A stretch of DNA of 34,970 nt from an uncultured Bacillales bacterium (GCA_947303225.1 CAMYXG010000001.1:1-34970); one strand, 5' to 3'; positions 24,654 to 32,856 are shown, counted from the first letter of the stretch. Notes: generated from the letters alone by a model not told the origin. Program-made: numbers and translations.

Positions 24654-26930
24654 ATGGAAGTAAAGTTGACTTCTGTTGAAGAAAATGCTGATCCACATTG
24701 TATTGGAAAAGTTAATTTTACTCTTACTGTTGAAAAAATGGGAGATTCTTTTACTACTAAAGAACCAGTTAATCCTATTGTGGATGAGTTTGGTCAAACC
24801 GATGGTCAAGCTATTGACTGTAGTAAACCTCAAACTGAAGCTTTTGAAAAAGCATTTTGTGAGGCAAAAAATGGTGCTATGGCAGCTGATCCAAATAAGA
24901 AATTAGGATTAAACTATGATGGTAAATTTAATGATCACAAGACGTTTAAAGATGTTTTATCTGGTTATAAGGAATTAAAGTGTAGTGTAACTAATTTTAA
25001 TACAGTAAATGGTTATTATGTAAATAAGACATATTTATATGGATCTGGTGAAAACAATATGACGTTTGGTACTTATAAATATCATTATTCTCCAGGTGCT
25101 ATTACAAAAGGTGCTACTGTTAAATGTAAAGTAAAATGTGAGGAATCTGTTGTTGTTGAATATGGTCCTCCAATAGCTTCTAAAGCTGGATTGTGTTTTG
25201 AATATAAAGTAAAAGTAACGAGTCGTGTTAGTTGTAGTATGAGTGAAAAACCTGTTGTTCCTGAAGTACAAGATTCTTATTGTACTCCTACACCTATTTG
25301 TAGAACTAGTGCTGGTACTTATACTAATCAAGGTGGACCTAATGAAGAGTTTGATGCTTGTGTTAAGGCTTGTGATGGTGGTAAATATACTGATAAATGT
25401 TCTAAAAAATGTTATAGTAAAGTATATGGTAATGATTCCGCAAGTAAAACAACAACGGCTGGTAGAGAGTATTTAACGGAGAGACTTGCTTATTCTGAAA
25501 GTGCATTTAGTTTAGGAACTTGTATAAAAGAAAGCAGTTACCATGGATGTTATTATAGAAGTGGTGGCGGTATTAATTGGAAAGGACAAGCTGTTTCTAC
25601 TCCAGGAAGATGGTATTTAGTATATCCTCATAAAGATTTATCAGAATATGCTGTCTTTGGAAATGGAATTTATCGTCATGTATATTCTGATGGAAATCAT
25701 TGTCATGATGTTTGCTGGTGGGCAGGATGTAGTGGTAATGTTTATTTGAATCCTGGTCAAGCAGAAAAAGATAGAGAAAATAATAAAGAAATTTATGATA
25801 AAGCAGTTGCTAAATGTAAAGCTACTGCAACTTGTACAACAACTACTGCTGATTTTACAATCTCTGTTAATTATAAAGATGGTAGCAATACTGTTAAAAC
25901 GATTAACTTCCCTTATACAGAAAACAATAATTCAAAGGATCATTTAACTTCTAAAGGTGCTGCTAATGGTTACCAAGATACTGCTACGAATCATAATACT
26001 ACAATTCTAGATTATTCTGGATGTTATAAAGAAAAGAAAGCTTATCGTATTTATATGACTGAATGGAGTTTCCCAGGATCATGGATTAATAATAAGACAG
26101 GTGAAATTTCATATGTTAATAAGAATAATAATACTGCATGGCAAACATTAAAAGAAAAATTCTGTATACCTCTAGATGCTCAGAATGTTAATCAAAAATG
26201 GTGGAATTACTATTATAGTCGCGATATTATAAATCCAAATTATTCTACAAATAGTAGTTCATATCAACAAAATTGTATTGATCAGGGATATGGTGCTAAA
26301 CTTATTAAAACGATTACAGAAGATGATATTGAAGACTGGAATATTAAGGCACATACTAAGAACTTTGGATACTTTGGATGGAATATTAAGATTTCTTGCT
26401 TCTATGCATTGAATACTAATCCATCAAGTGTAACTAATACCAATTCTTCTACAAGTGTTCCTGATGCATGTCAATCTGGTTCTGCTTATCGAATTCGTTC
26501 TGTTGATTTAAATAATTTGTTCCCTGCTACAGATGGTTCAAATAATTCTAGAACACCTGGATTCAACTGGAGTGAATATGCAACTGTTACGAAGAAAGCA
26601 GAAAATGCTGCAAATAATTATTACACAATTAAGCCTGCAGAGTATGCTACGAAAGTACAAAAAGTTGGAGATAGTGTTTATTCTGATGAGTACTTAAATT
26701 ATTCAATTGATTTAACTCGTTCTATGATTGCTGCTTTGAAGAAGGAAAATAAAGCAATTGAAAATAATTATTCTGATTTCTCTGGAAAAACTGATACCAA
26801 TTATGTTATTAACTACCGTAGTCCATTATTTAGAGATGGTGGAATATTGAGTAGTAGTTCAAAATATCCTAATGAGGAATCATTAAAATGTAATAATATG
26901 AAGAAATTTAATGGTGGTTGTGAAGGATAG
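24654..26930 (+). CDS. Body of the cassette B cysteine-rich protein (no signal peptide of its own; probably one gene with 24252-24569)
   Basis: 758-aa ORF with about 28 Cys. It is colinear with residues from about 150 to the end of the 907-aa paralog and shares identical blocks: VEYGPPIASKAGLCFEYKVKVTSRVSC, ATCTTTTA, NKTGEISY, VNQKWWNYYY and AYRIRSVDL. Confidence 0.8.
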   Translation: MEVKLTSVEENADPHCIGKVNFTLTVEKMGDSFTTKEPVNPIVDEFGQTDGQAIDCSKPQTEAFEKAFCEAKNGAMAADPNKKLGLNYDGKFNDHKTFKDVLSGYKELKCSVTNFNTVNGYYVNKTYLYGSGENNMTFGTYKYHYSPGAITKGATVKCKVKCEESVVVEYGPPIASKAGLCFEYKVKVTSRVSCSMSEKPVVPEVQDSYCTPTPICRTSAGTYTNQGGPNEEFDACVKACDGGKYTDKCSKKCYSKVYGNDSASKTTTAGREYLTERLAYSESAFSLGTCIKESSYHGCYYRSGGGINWKGQAVSTPGRWYLVYPHKDLSEYAVFGNGIYRHVYSDGNHCHDVCWWAGCSGNVYLNPGQAEKDRENNKEIYDKAVAKCKATATCTTTTADFTISVNYKDGSNTVKTINFPYTENNNSKDHLTSKGAANGYQDTATNHNTTILDYSGCYKEKKAYRIYMTEWSFPGSWINNKTGEISYVNKNNNTAWQTLKEKFCIPLDAQNVNQKWWNYYYSRDIINPNYSTNSSSYQQNCIDQGYGAKLIKTITEDDIEDWNIKAHTKNFGYFGWNIKISCFYALNTNPSSVTNTNSSTSVPDACQSGSAYRIRSVDLNNLFPATDGSNNSRTPGFNWSEYATVTKKAENAANNYYTIKPAEYATKVQKVGDSVYSDEYLNYSIDLTRSMIAALKKENKAIENNYSDFSGKTDTNYVINYRSPLFRDGGILSSSSKYPNEESLKCNNMKKFNGGCEG

Positions 26931-26945
26931 GAGGTTTAAGATTAT

Positions 26946-27464
26946 ATGAATAAAGGTATGTTAACAGTTGGAATTATTTTGCTTAGTGTTATTGCTTTAT
27001 TATTAGTCAATGTACTATCTAGTTATTCCACTGGAAGTGAATTAGATTATTACTTAGTAAAAGAAACTACAGATGCTGCTATGGAAGATTCTATTGATAA
27101 GGTCTTCCTTAGACAGTGTGGTTTGTATCGAATTGATAAAGAAAAGTTCGTTGAGAGCTTTCTTTATCGATTTGCTGATAGTGTGGATGCTTCTCGTGAT
27201 TATCATATTAAATTTTATGATATTAATGAAGTTCCTCCAAAAGTAAGTGTTAAAGTAGATTCATTAACGGTTCTTTCTTTTAATGCTAAGACTGCTAATG
27301 GACAAACGAAGAATGCCGCAGATATTACTACAAACTATGATGCTATTTTGGAAACTAAATACTTATCTGATTTAGCTGTGGAAAATGGTTTGAAAGAGTC
27401 TGAACCAAGTTCAATTACTTATGATCAGTGTAGGGCATTAATTGAAATGAATGGAAAGAAATAA
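26946..27464 (+). CDS. Small prepilin-like / N-terminally anchored protein (cassette B)
   Basis: The first 20 residues, MNKGMLTVGIILLSVIALLL, are identical to the cassette A paralog. RBS aggagg. Confidence 0.8.
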   Translation: MNKGMLTVGIILLSVIALLLVNVLSSYSTGSELDYYLVKETTDAAMEDSIDKVFLRQCGLYRIDKEKFVESFLYRFADSVDASRDYHIKFYDINEVPPKVSVKVDSLTVLSFNAKTANGQTKNAADITTNYDAILETKYLSDLAVENGLKESEPSSITYDQCRALIEMNGKK

Positions 27465-27482
27465 TCGAAAGGAGAGAATAAA

Positions 27483-28295
27483 ATGGGTAATTTATCTACT
27501 GGGTTAAAAAAGTTTATGCAAAATAAGAATACTGTTACAGTAGTTGGTGTTGTTGCTGCTATTATTGTATTGTATTTTGCTTATACTATGCGTATTAGTT
27601 CTGCTATTAATCCAATTCGAGTTCCTTATGCAAAGGAACAAATTCCTGCAGGTACTCAAATTACGGAAGCAATGATTGAGACGATGGAAGTACCTCCTTC
27701 AATGCTAGAGGGTGATGTAATTCAAAATACTGGTGAAATCATTGATAAGTATGCTGCTGCTGATACTGTTATTCCAGCTGGAAGTTTGTTTTATAAGCGA
27801 GCAGTGGTAGAAAAAGAACAATTGCCTGCTAATATTATTTTGGAATATCCAAAGGGATATGTTTTATATAATTTATCTGTTGATACTACTTCTACTTATG
27901 GTAATTCTGTATATCCAGGTAATTATATTGATATTTATTTAAAAGCAGTAAATGTTGTTGATGAGTCTAGTCCTGCTAATTTAACAAAAGATGCTGATAA
28001 GATTATGTTAGGAAAACTAATGGCTAATATTGAGGTATTAGCAGTTAAGGATGCTGATGGTCAACCAGTTTTCCAAAATATTGATGAGAATAGAGTTCCT
28101 GCTATGGTTGTATTTGCTCTTCCTGAGGAATACTATGTTCTTCTAAAAAAAGCAGAAGAGATGAGAACTTATGATACTTCAATTATTTTAGTTCCTACGA
28201 ATGAAAGTTTAAAAGATGAGCCAGCTGAACTTGAAATTAGTAGTGAACAATTAAAAGATTGGATTAATACTAATACTTTTTGGACAGATAATTAA
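27483..28295 (+). CDS. cpaB: Flp pilus assembly protein CpaB/RcpC-like (SAF plus RcpC-type domains)
   Basis: N-terminal TM segment. SAF-like IRVPYAKEQIPAGTQITEAMIETMEVPPSML...TVIPAGSLF, then RcpC-like GYVLYNLSVDTTSTYGNSVYPGNYIDIYL...IEVLAV...MVVFALPEEYYVLLKKAEE...IILVP. Confidence 0.75.
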   Translation: MGNLSTGLKKFMQNKNTVTVVGVVAAIIVLYFAYTMRISSAINPIRVPYAKEQIPAGTQITEAMIETMEVPPSMLEGDVIQNTGEIIDKYAAADTVIPAGSLFYKRAVVEKEQLPANIILEYPKGYVLYNLSVDTTSTYGNSVYPGNYIDIYLKAVNVVDESSPANLTKDADKIMLGKLMANIEVLAVKDADGQPVFQNIDENRVPAMVVFALPEEYYVLLKKAEEMRTYDTSIILVPTNESLKDEPAELEISSEQLKDWINTNTFWTDN

Positions 28296-28319
28296 GATTT
28301 AGAAAAGGATGTGAGTTAA

Positions 28320-29909
28320 ATGAACGAAAATATTTTTGATAAGTTAGATTTTGGACCTTTTCGTTCCTTATTGGATAATGATGATATAACTGATATTTCC
28401 TATGATAATAATGGTCAAATTTGGATTCGTTCTTTGACTCAGGGTTCTCTTAGAGTTGAAGTTGAAGGTGCGACTCCTGAATTTGTGGAAAAATTAGCTT
28501 TTCAATGTTCTAATGTTATGGGTACTACTTTTAATAATGCTAAACCTTTTTTAGATGCTGAATCTGCAGAGTTACGTATGAACTTTGTTCATCAAAGTAT
28601 TGCGACGAATGGGATTGCTCTTGTTATACGTAAAACTCCTGCTAAGATTCGTTTGGAAAAAGAAAAGTTAATTCAAGAAGATTATTTTACTCCTGCGATT
28701 CATGATTTTCTTATTAAATGTGTTGAGGGACATTGTAATATTATGGTTGCTGGAGAAACTGGTTCTGGTAAAACTGAGTTTGTTAAGTATTTGGCGAGTC
28801 ATACAAAGACTAATGAGAAAATTATTACGATTGAGGATACTTTGGAATTGCATTTAGATAAGATATTCCCTCAGCGTGATATTGTTTCTATGAAAACGAA
28901 TAATGTTGCTAGTTATTCTGATGTTTTAGTTACTTGTATGCGTCAGAATCCAAAATGGATTCTACTTTCGGAAGTTCGTTCCGCAGAGGCTGTTTCTGCT
29001 GTTCGTAACTCTATTTCATCAGGACATAATATTTTATCCACAATTCATGCGGATAAAGCATCTGCTATTCCATATCGTTTATATTCTTTGATGGAAACTG
29101 ATTTGGATGTTCATCAGTTTTTAACAACGATTTATCGTTATATTCAATTAGGTGTACATATTAAGGCTTTTTATAGTAAAGAATATGGAAAGTTTCATCG
29201 TGAATTAGATGAAGTTTGTGAATTTTATGTAGATGATGATAATGTTCCTCGTTCAAGGATTATTTATCAAAAACTATTTGGAAAACCTATGATGTGTAAA
29301 CCAAGTGCACATTTGGTTGAATATTTGGAAAATCAAAATATTCAAGTTCAAGATATTATTAAGGATTTGCCTGAAGAACTTCCTATACATAAATTTGAAG
29401 AGGAAAAGGATACTCAAGCAAAAGAAGGGGATACTCAAGAAGTATCTAAAGATGAAGAAACGGTTGCTCAGGAAACTGTTGCTGAAAATGATAATACTTC
29501 ATTAAATGATTCTATTGATTCTGCACAGGATGCTTCGGAGGTGGAAAAAACTCCAGATGTGATATCTCCACCAGTTTCAGTTACTCCTGATGCTAGTAGT
29601 GTTGTTTCATCTGTTCCAGAAGACGTTTCTGTAGCTTCTACACCTCCTACTGTTTCAGCACCTGCAGTTCCAGAGGTTACTCCTGTTGCGCCTACTTCTA
29701 CTGTTGAACAAGTTTCACAAGTTAATGATAGTGTAGGATCTGTTGCACCTGCTGTGAGTGTTCCGGTACCATCTGTTGCTAGTATTGCACCTGCGGTAAG
29801 TCCTATTGTTCCACAACAACAAGTTGTGATTCAAGCTAATGTTCCACCAACAGTTCCTCCTGTTGTTGGAGTTGCACCTGCTGTTGCAGTGGCTAAGCTT
29901 GGAGAATAA
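28320..29909 (+). CDS. tadA: TadA/CpaF-like (VirB11-type) secretion ATPase with a long low-complexity C-terminal tail
   Basis: Walker A VAGETGSGKTEF, Walker B-like WILLSEVRSAEA and His-box GHNILSTIHADKA. The last 170 aa or so are acidic and then P/V/S/A-rich. Confidence 0.85.
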   Translation: MNENIFDKLDFGPFRSLLDNDDITDISYDNNGQIWIRSLTQGSLRVEVEGATPEFVEKLAFQCSNVMGTTFNNAKPFLDAESAELRMNFVHQSIATNGIALVIRKTPAKIRLEKEKLIQEDYFTPAIHDFLIKCVEGHCNIMVAGETGSGKTEFVKYLASHTKTNEKIITIEDTLELHLDKIFPQRDIVSMKTNNVASYSDVLVTCMRQNPKWILLSEVRSAEAVSAVRNSISSGHNILSTIHADKASAIPYRLYSLMETDLDVHQFLTTIYRYIQLGVHIKAFYSKEYGKFHRELDEVCEFYVDDDNVPRSRIIYQKLFGKPMMCKPSAHLVEYLENQNIQVQDIIKDLPEELPIHKFEEEKDTQAKEGDTQEVSKDEETVAQETVAENDNTSLNDSIDSAQDASEVEKTPDVISPPVSVTPDASSVVSSVPEDVSVASTPPTVSAPAVPEVTPVAPTSTVEQVSQVNDSVGSVAPAVSVPVPSVASIAPAVSPIVPQQQVVIQANVPPTVPPVVGVAPAVAVAKLGE

Positions 29910-29923
29910 AAAGGGGTGATGTT

Positions 29924-30826
29924 ATGTATATTGAAGAGTTATTCATTATTATTGTCTTTGTAGTTGCTATTTATTTATATAGAAATTATCAGGGAGATAA
30001 TGTAGGTAAATATGTATTGGAACAAGTACAAGGAGCTTACGATCGTTTTGCACCTTATTCTTTTAAGGTTGTTCGTGAAAAGACAAAGCAGTTGGGAGAA
30101 GAGTATACTCCTAGACAATATGCTATACAAGTTTCTTTATTTGCTTCTTTTGCTGCAGTTGTTACTTATTTATACTTTTATAATTTAATTATTAGTATTA
30201 TTTATGCTTTAATTGCTGTATCATTTGTTCCTTATTTGACTTATTTAAGATGTAAAAAGACTTATTCCGAATTTTTATTTGAACAAGTTCAAGTATACAC
30301 TTCTAATACTATTATGGAGTTTGCTACTACGCAGTCTTTTGTTAAAGCACTAGAAGGTGTTGCCAATTCCGGTATTTTGGAAGATCCTGTTCTTAGTGAT
30401 GTTCGTCAAATGATTACTATGTCTTATGATAATGGTACGATTGATGAAGCATTAGAATATATGAGTAAGTTATATCCTTATTATATTGTTAAGAATATGC
30501 ATCAGTTGTTTTTACAAATAACTAAAGAGGGTGCTCAAAATTCTGCAGATTCTCTTGAAAATATGCAGTTAGATATCGATATGCTTGTTGAAAGTGTGTA
30601 TCGAGATCGTATTGAACGTGCATCTTTCCACAAATCCTTTTTACAGTTTGGTATTATGCTGTATTTAATGGTTATGTTAGTTCAGTATTTGTTGGGAAGA
30701 GAAACCTATTTGGTACTACTAGAACGATGGTATATTCAAGTTCTAATGCATGGAGTACTGATTATTAATACATATTTCCTTTTAAAAGGTGAAAAATACT
30801 ATAATGAAAATGTAGGTGCTGAGTAA
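29924..30826 (+). CDS. tadB: TadB-like inner-membrane platform protein (T2SSF-type topology)
   Basis: Topology is N-terminal TM, TM pair, about 130-aa soluble domain, then C-terminal TM pair. It sits immediately after the ATPase and is coupled to the next gene by a TAATG overlap. The call rests on topology and synteny, not on a strong motif. Confidence 0.6.
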   Translation: MYIEELFIIIVFVVAIYLYRNYQGDNVGKYVLEQVQGAYDRFAPYSFKVVREKTKQLGEEYTPRQYAIQVSLFASFAAVVTYLYFYNLIISIIYALIAVSFVPYLTYLRCKKTYSEFLFEQVQVYTSNTIMEFATTQSFVKALEGVANSGILEDPVLSDVRQMITMSYDNGTIDEALEYMSKLYPYYIVKNMHQLFLQITKEGAQNSADSLENMQLDIDMLVESVYRDRIERASFHKSFLQFGIMLYLMVMLVQYLLGRETYLVLLERWYIQVLMHGVLIINTYFLLKGEKYYNENVGAE

Positions 30827-31629
30827 TGGAAATACTAATCGTAGGAGCTATTATTATCTTTATTTTAATCTATAATAATACCATCGATAAAGATAAGTTT
30901 TTTGCTGATAATCAAAAGTATTTGGAAGCATTAAAAGAGGATGATTATCAGTTCTTAGTTTATGCTCGTTATGGTGAAGATGTTGATGTTGATCAACTTT
31001 ATTCTAAAAGAGTTACTTATGCATTTATTGCTTTTCTTGTTGTATTAGTATTATCCATTTCTAATAATAATAGTGTGGAGATTATTAATTCTCAATTTTT
31101 CTTAAACTTAGTTTTATCTATTGTTGTTGCTGTTGTTATTTTTAAGGTACCATATAGTCAGTTAAAAAGTTATTATAAACAGCATTTACATGAAATAGAT
31201 GTTATGTTGCCATATTATTTGAAAAGTTTAGAGATTTTAATACAGCATTATACAGTTCCTGTTGCTATTGGTAAATCTATTGGTGATGCGCCTGATATTT
31301 TTAAGCCAGGATTACGTCGTATGATAGATCGTATCAATTCAGGTGATGCATCTGTTGATCCTTATATGGAATTTGCGAATACATATCCTGTTCGAGATTC
31401 TATGAGAATGATGCGTTTGCTATATCGTTTAGGAATTGGTTCACAAGAGAAAAAACAAGAAAGATTGATGATGTTTTCAAGAACTGTATCTTCTTTACAG
31501 AATAAAGCGAGAGAGACAAAATATAAAGAACGTTTAAATCACATGGAAAGTCAAACAATGATTATGTTGGTTGTAACTGGTGTTGGAGTTATGCTTGTCA
31601 TTTTGATTTCTATGATGATGATGTTCTAA
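30826..31629 (+). CDS. tadC: TadC-like inner-membrane platform protein (T2SSF-type topology)
   Basis: Same architecture as the preceding gene (N-terminal TM, TM pair, soluble domain, C-terminal TM). Second of the usual TadB/TadC pair. Confidence 0.6.
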   Translation: MEILIVGAIIIFILIYNNTIDKDKFFADNQKYLEALKEDDYQFLVYARYGEDVDVDQLYSKRVTYAFIAFLVVLVLSISNNNSVEIINSQFFLNLVLSIVVAVVIFKVPYSQLKSYYKQHLHEIDVMLPYYLKSLEILIQHYTVPVAIGKSIGDAPDIFKPGLRRMIDRINSGDASVDPYMEFANTYPVRDSMRMMRLLYRLGIGSQEKKQERLMMFSRTVSSLQNKARETKYKERLNHMESQTMIMLVVTGVGVMLVILISMMMMF

Positions 31630-31635
31630 AAAAGA

Positions 31636-31664
31636 TTGATATTTTATTTATGATTTGTTATAAT
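31636..31664 (+). promoter_or_regulatory. Near-consensus sigma-A promoter inside the operon, in front of the small pilin-like ORF
   Basis: TTGATA (31636-31641), exactly 17 nt, then TGtTATAAT (31656-31664). Confidence 0.65.
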
Positions 31665-31698
31665 TTTATTGTATGATTAAGAAAGGATAGGTGAGTTG

Positions 31699-31866
31699 AT
31701 GAAAGCTGCTACAGGTGAATTAAACTTAACAGTTATTACTTTGATTGCAATTGCTGCTGTTATTGGATTTTTCTGGATGATGTGGCCAAAAATTCAGAGT
31801 TCTATTAATACTCAATGGGATGATATCAATACTTATAAATCAAATAGCCAAAGTAAAGGAAGTTAA
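31699..31866 (+). CDS. 55-aa Flp-like pilin candidate (absent from the ORF track)
   Basis: ATG 31699 follows RBS aaagga. The product is MKAATGELNLTVITLIAIAAVIGFFWMMWPKIQSSINTQWDDINTYKSNSQSKGS: a short leader ending in Gly, a hydrophobic helix of roughly 20 residues and a short polar tail. It occupies the flp position between the tadC-like and tadE-like genes. Confidence 0.6.
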   Translation: MKAATGELNLTVITLIAIAAVIGFFWMMWPKIQSSINTQWDDINTYKSNSQSKGS

Positions 31867-31944
31867 TTAGATTATAAAAGAATTGATTACTTAAATTGGT
31901 TATAATATGTTATTTTCATCTTATGATGATGGGAGGATTTGTCC

Positions 31945-32379
31945 ATGCAAGATGCTTTTGGTGGTATTTTAAATATTGTATTAATTGTTATATTTCTTGT
32001 TATTGTAGAGGGAATATTAGGGTTTACTGTCAACTATACAAAGGCTTTTAAAATGAAAAATATAGTTATTTCTGCAATCGAAGAATATGAAGATGCTAAT
32101 TGTACTGATACTTCAAAGAGTACTAGTGCTTGTCGTCAGAAGATTAAGAGTGGTGCTATGCGCATTGGATATTCTCCCACTCAATTGAATTGTCCTAGTG
32201 GTTCTGAATGGAAAAAAATCGATGGTTTATTTTGTGTCAAGAGATCTAAATCTCATAGTGGATATTATATTTATCGTATTGTAACACAGGTAGATATTAA
32301 TATTCCTATTGTTAGAAATATTATGGGATTTTCTTTTTTTCAAGTATCAGGAGATACTAGAGTTGTTCAAAAACAATAG
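31945..32379 (+). CDS. Pseudopilin-like protein (TadE/TadF position), 144 aa
   Basis: ATG 31945 lies 8 nt after gggagg; the track TTG 31939 is too close to the RBS. Leader MQDAFGG, then ILNIVLIVIFLVIV and VNYTKAFKMKN. Four Cys conserved with the next gene. Confidence 0.6.
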   Translation: MQDAFGGILNIVLIVIFLVIVEGILGFTVNYTKAFKMKNIVISAIEEYEDANCTDTSKSTSACRQKIKSGAMRIGYSPTQLNCPSGSEWKKIDGLFCVKRSKSHSGYYIYRIVTQVDINIPIVRNIMGFSFFQVSGDTRVVQKQ

Positions 32380-32396
32380 GATAGGTAGGTGTTTTT

Positions 32397-32831
32397 ATGC
32401 GTGATGCTCTTGGAGGAACTGTTAATATTGTAATTATTGTTGTTTTTATTGTTGTTGTAGCTTATTTAGCTTTTAATGTAAATTATACAAAGGCATTTCG
32501 TATGAAAAATAAGATTATTGCTACTTATGAGGATTATGGTGGAAATTGTGATTCAAAATGTAGAAAAGTAATTAAAAATTATGCAAATGATGTTGGATAT
32601 AATGTAGGTGGACATATCTCTTGTCAAAGTGATTGGAAACCTGATTCTACTAATTTGTTTTGTTATAGAGAAATTACTGTAAATCAAAGAACTAGTGATA
32701 CTAGTGTTGATGAAAAAGATTCAAAGCATTATTATAAGATTGCTACTAGAATTAATATTGAAATTCCCATTATACAAAATATTTTTAGTTATCAATTGTT
32801 TTGGGTTACTGGTGATACAAAGAGTTTTTAA
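32397..32831 (+). CDS. Pseudopilin-like protein (TadE/TadF position), 144 aa, paralog of the preceding gene
   Basis: Leader MRDALGG, then TVNIVIIVVFIVVV and VNYTKAFRMKN. It shares the C-terminal motifs I-x-IPI-x-x-NI and GDT. Confidence 0.6.
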   Translation: MRDALGGTVNIVIIVVFIVVVAYLAFNVNYTKAFRMKNKIIATYEDYGGNCDSKCRKVIKNYANDVGYNVGGHISCQSDWKPDSTNLFCYREITVNQRTSDTSVDEKDSKHYYKIATRINIEIPIIQNIFSYQLFWVTGDTKSF

Positions 32832-32856
32832 AAAAGTAAAAAGGATGTTGATATAG

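Larger units (their letters stand above)
21626..27464 (+). repeat. Cassette B: second copy of the diverged 4-gene module
   Basis: See cassette A. It continues into the cpaB-like gene after only an 18-nt gap, with no terminator. Confidence 0.85.

Noticed and set aside
23834-25476. Nested ORFs inside cassette B genes (23834-24028 -, 24319-24516 +, 24549-24833 -, 24676-24906 +, 25035-25331 -, 25243-25476 +).
   Set aside because: Same reasoning: they are off-frame or antisense to well-supported coding sequence. The 24549-24833 minus ORF merely spans the in-frame-stop region of the + strand gene.
28320-31629. Reading the ATPase and the two membrane proteins as a conjugative T4SS (VirB11 plus VirB6-like) rather than a Tad-like system.
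   Set aside because: The upstream SAF/RcpC-type CpaB-like gene, the pair of TadB/TadC-topology proteins, and the Flp-like plus two pseudopilin-like genes in the canonical order fit Tad better. No VirB4, VirD4 or relaxase is present in the window. The VirB2-like genes downstream keep this alternative partly open.
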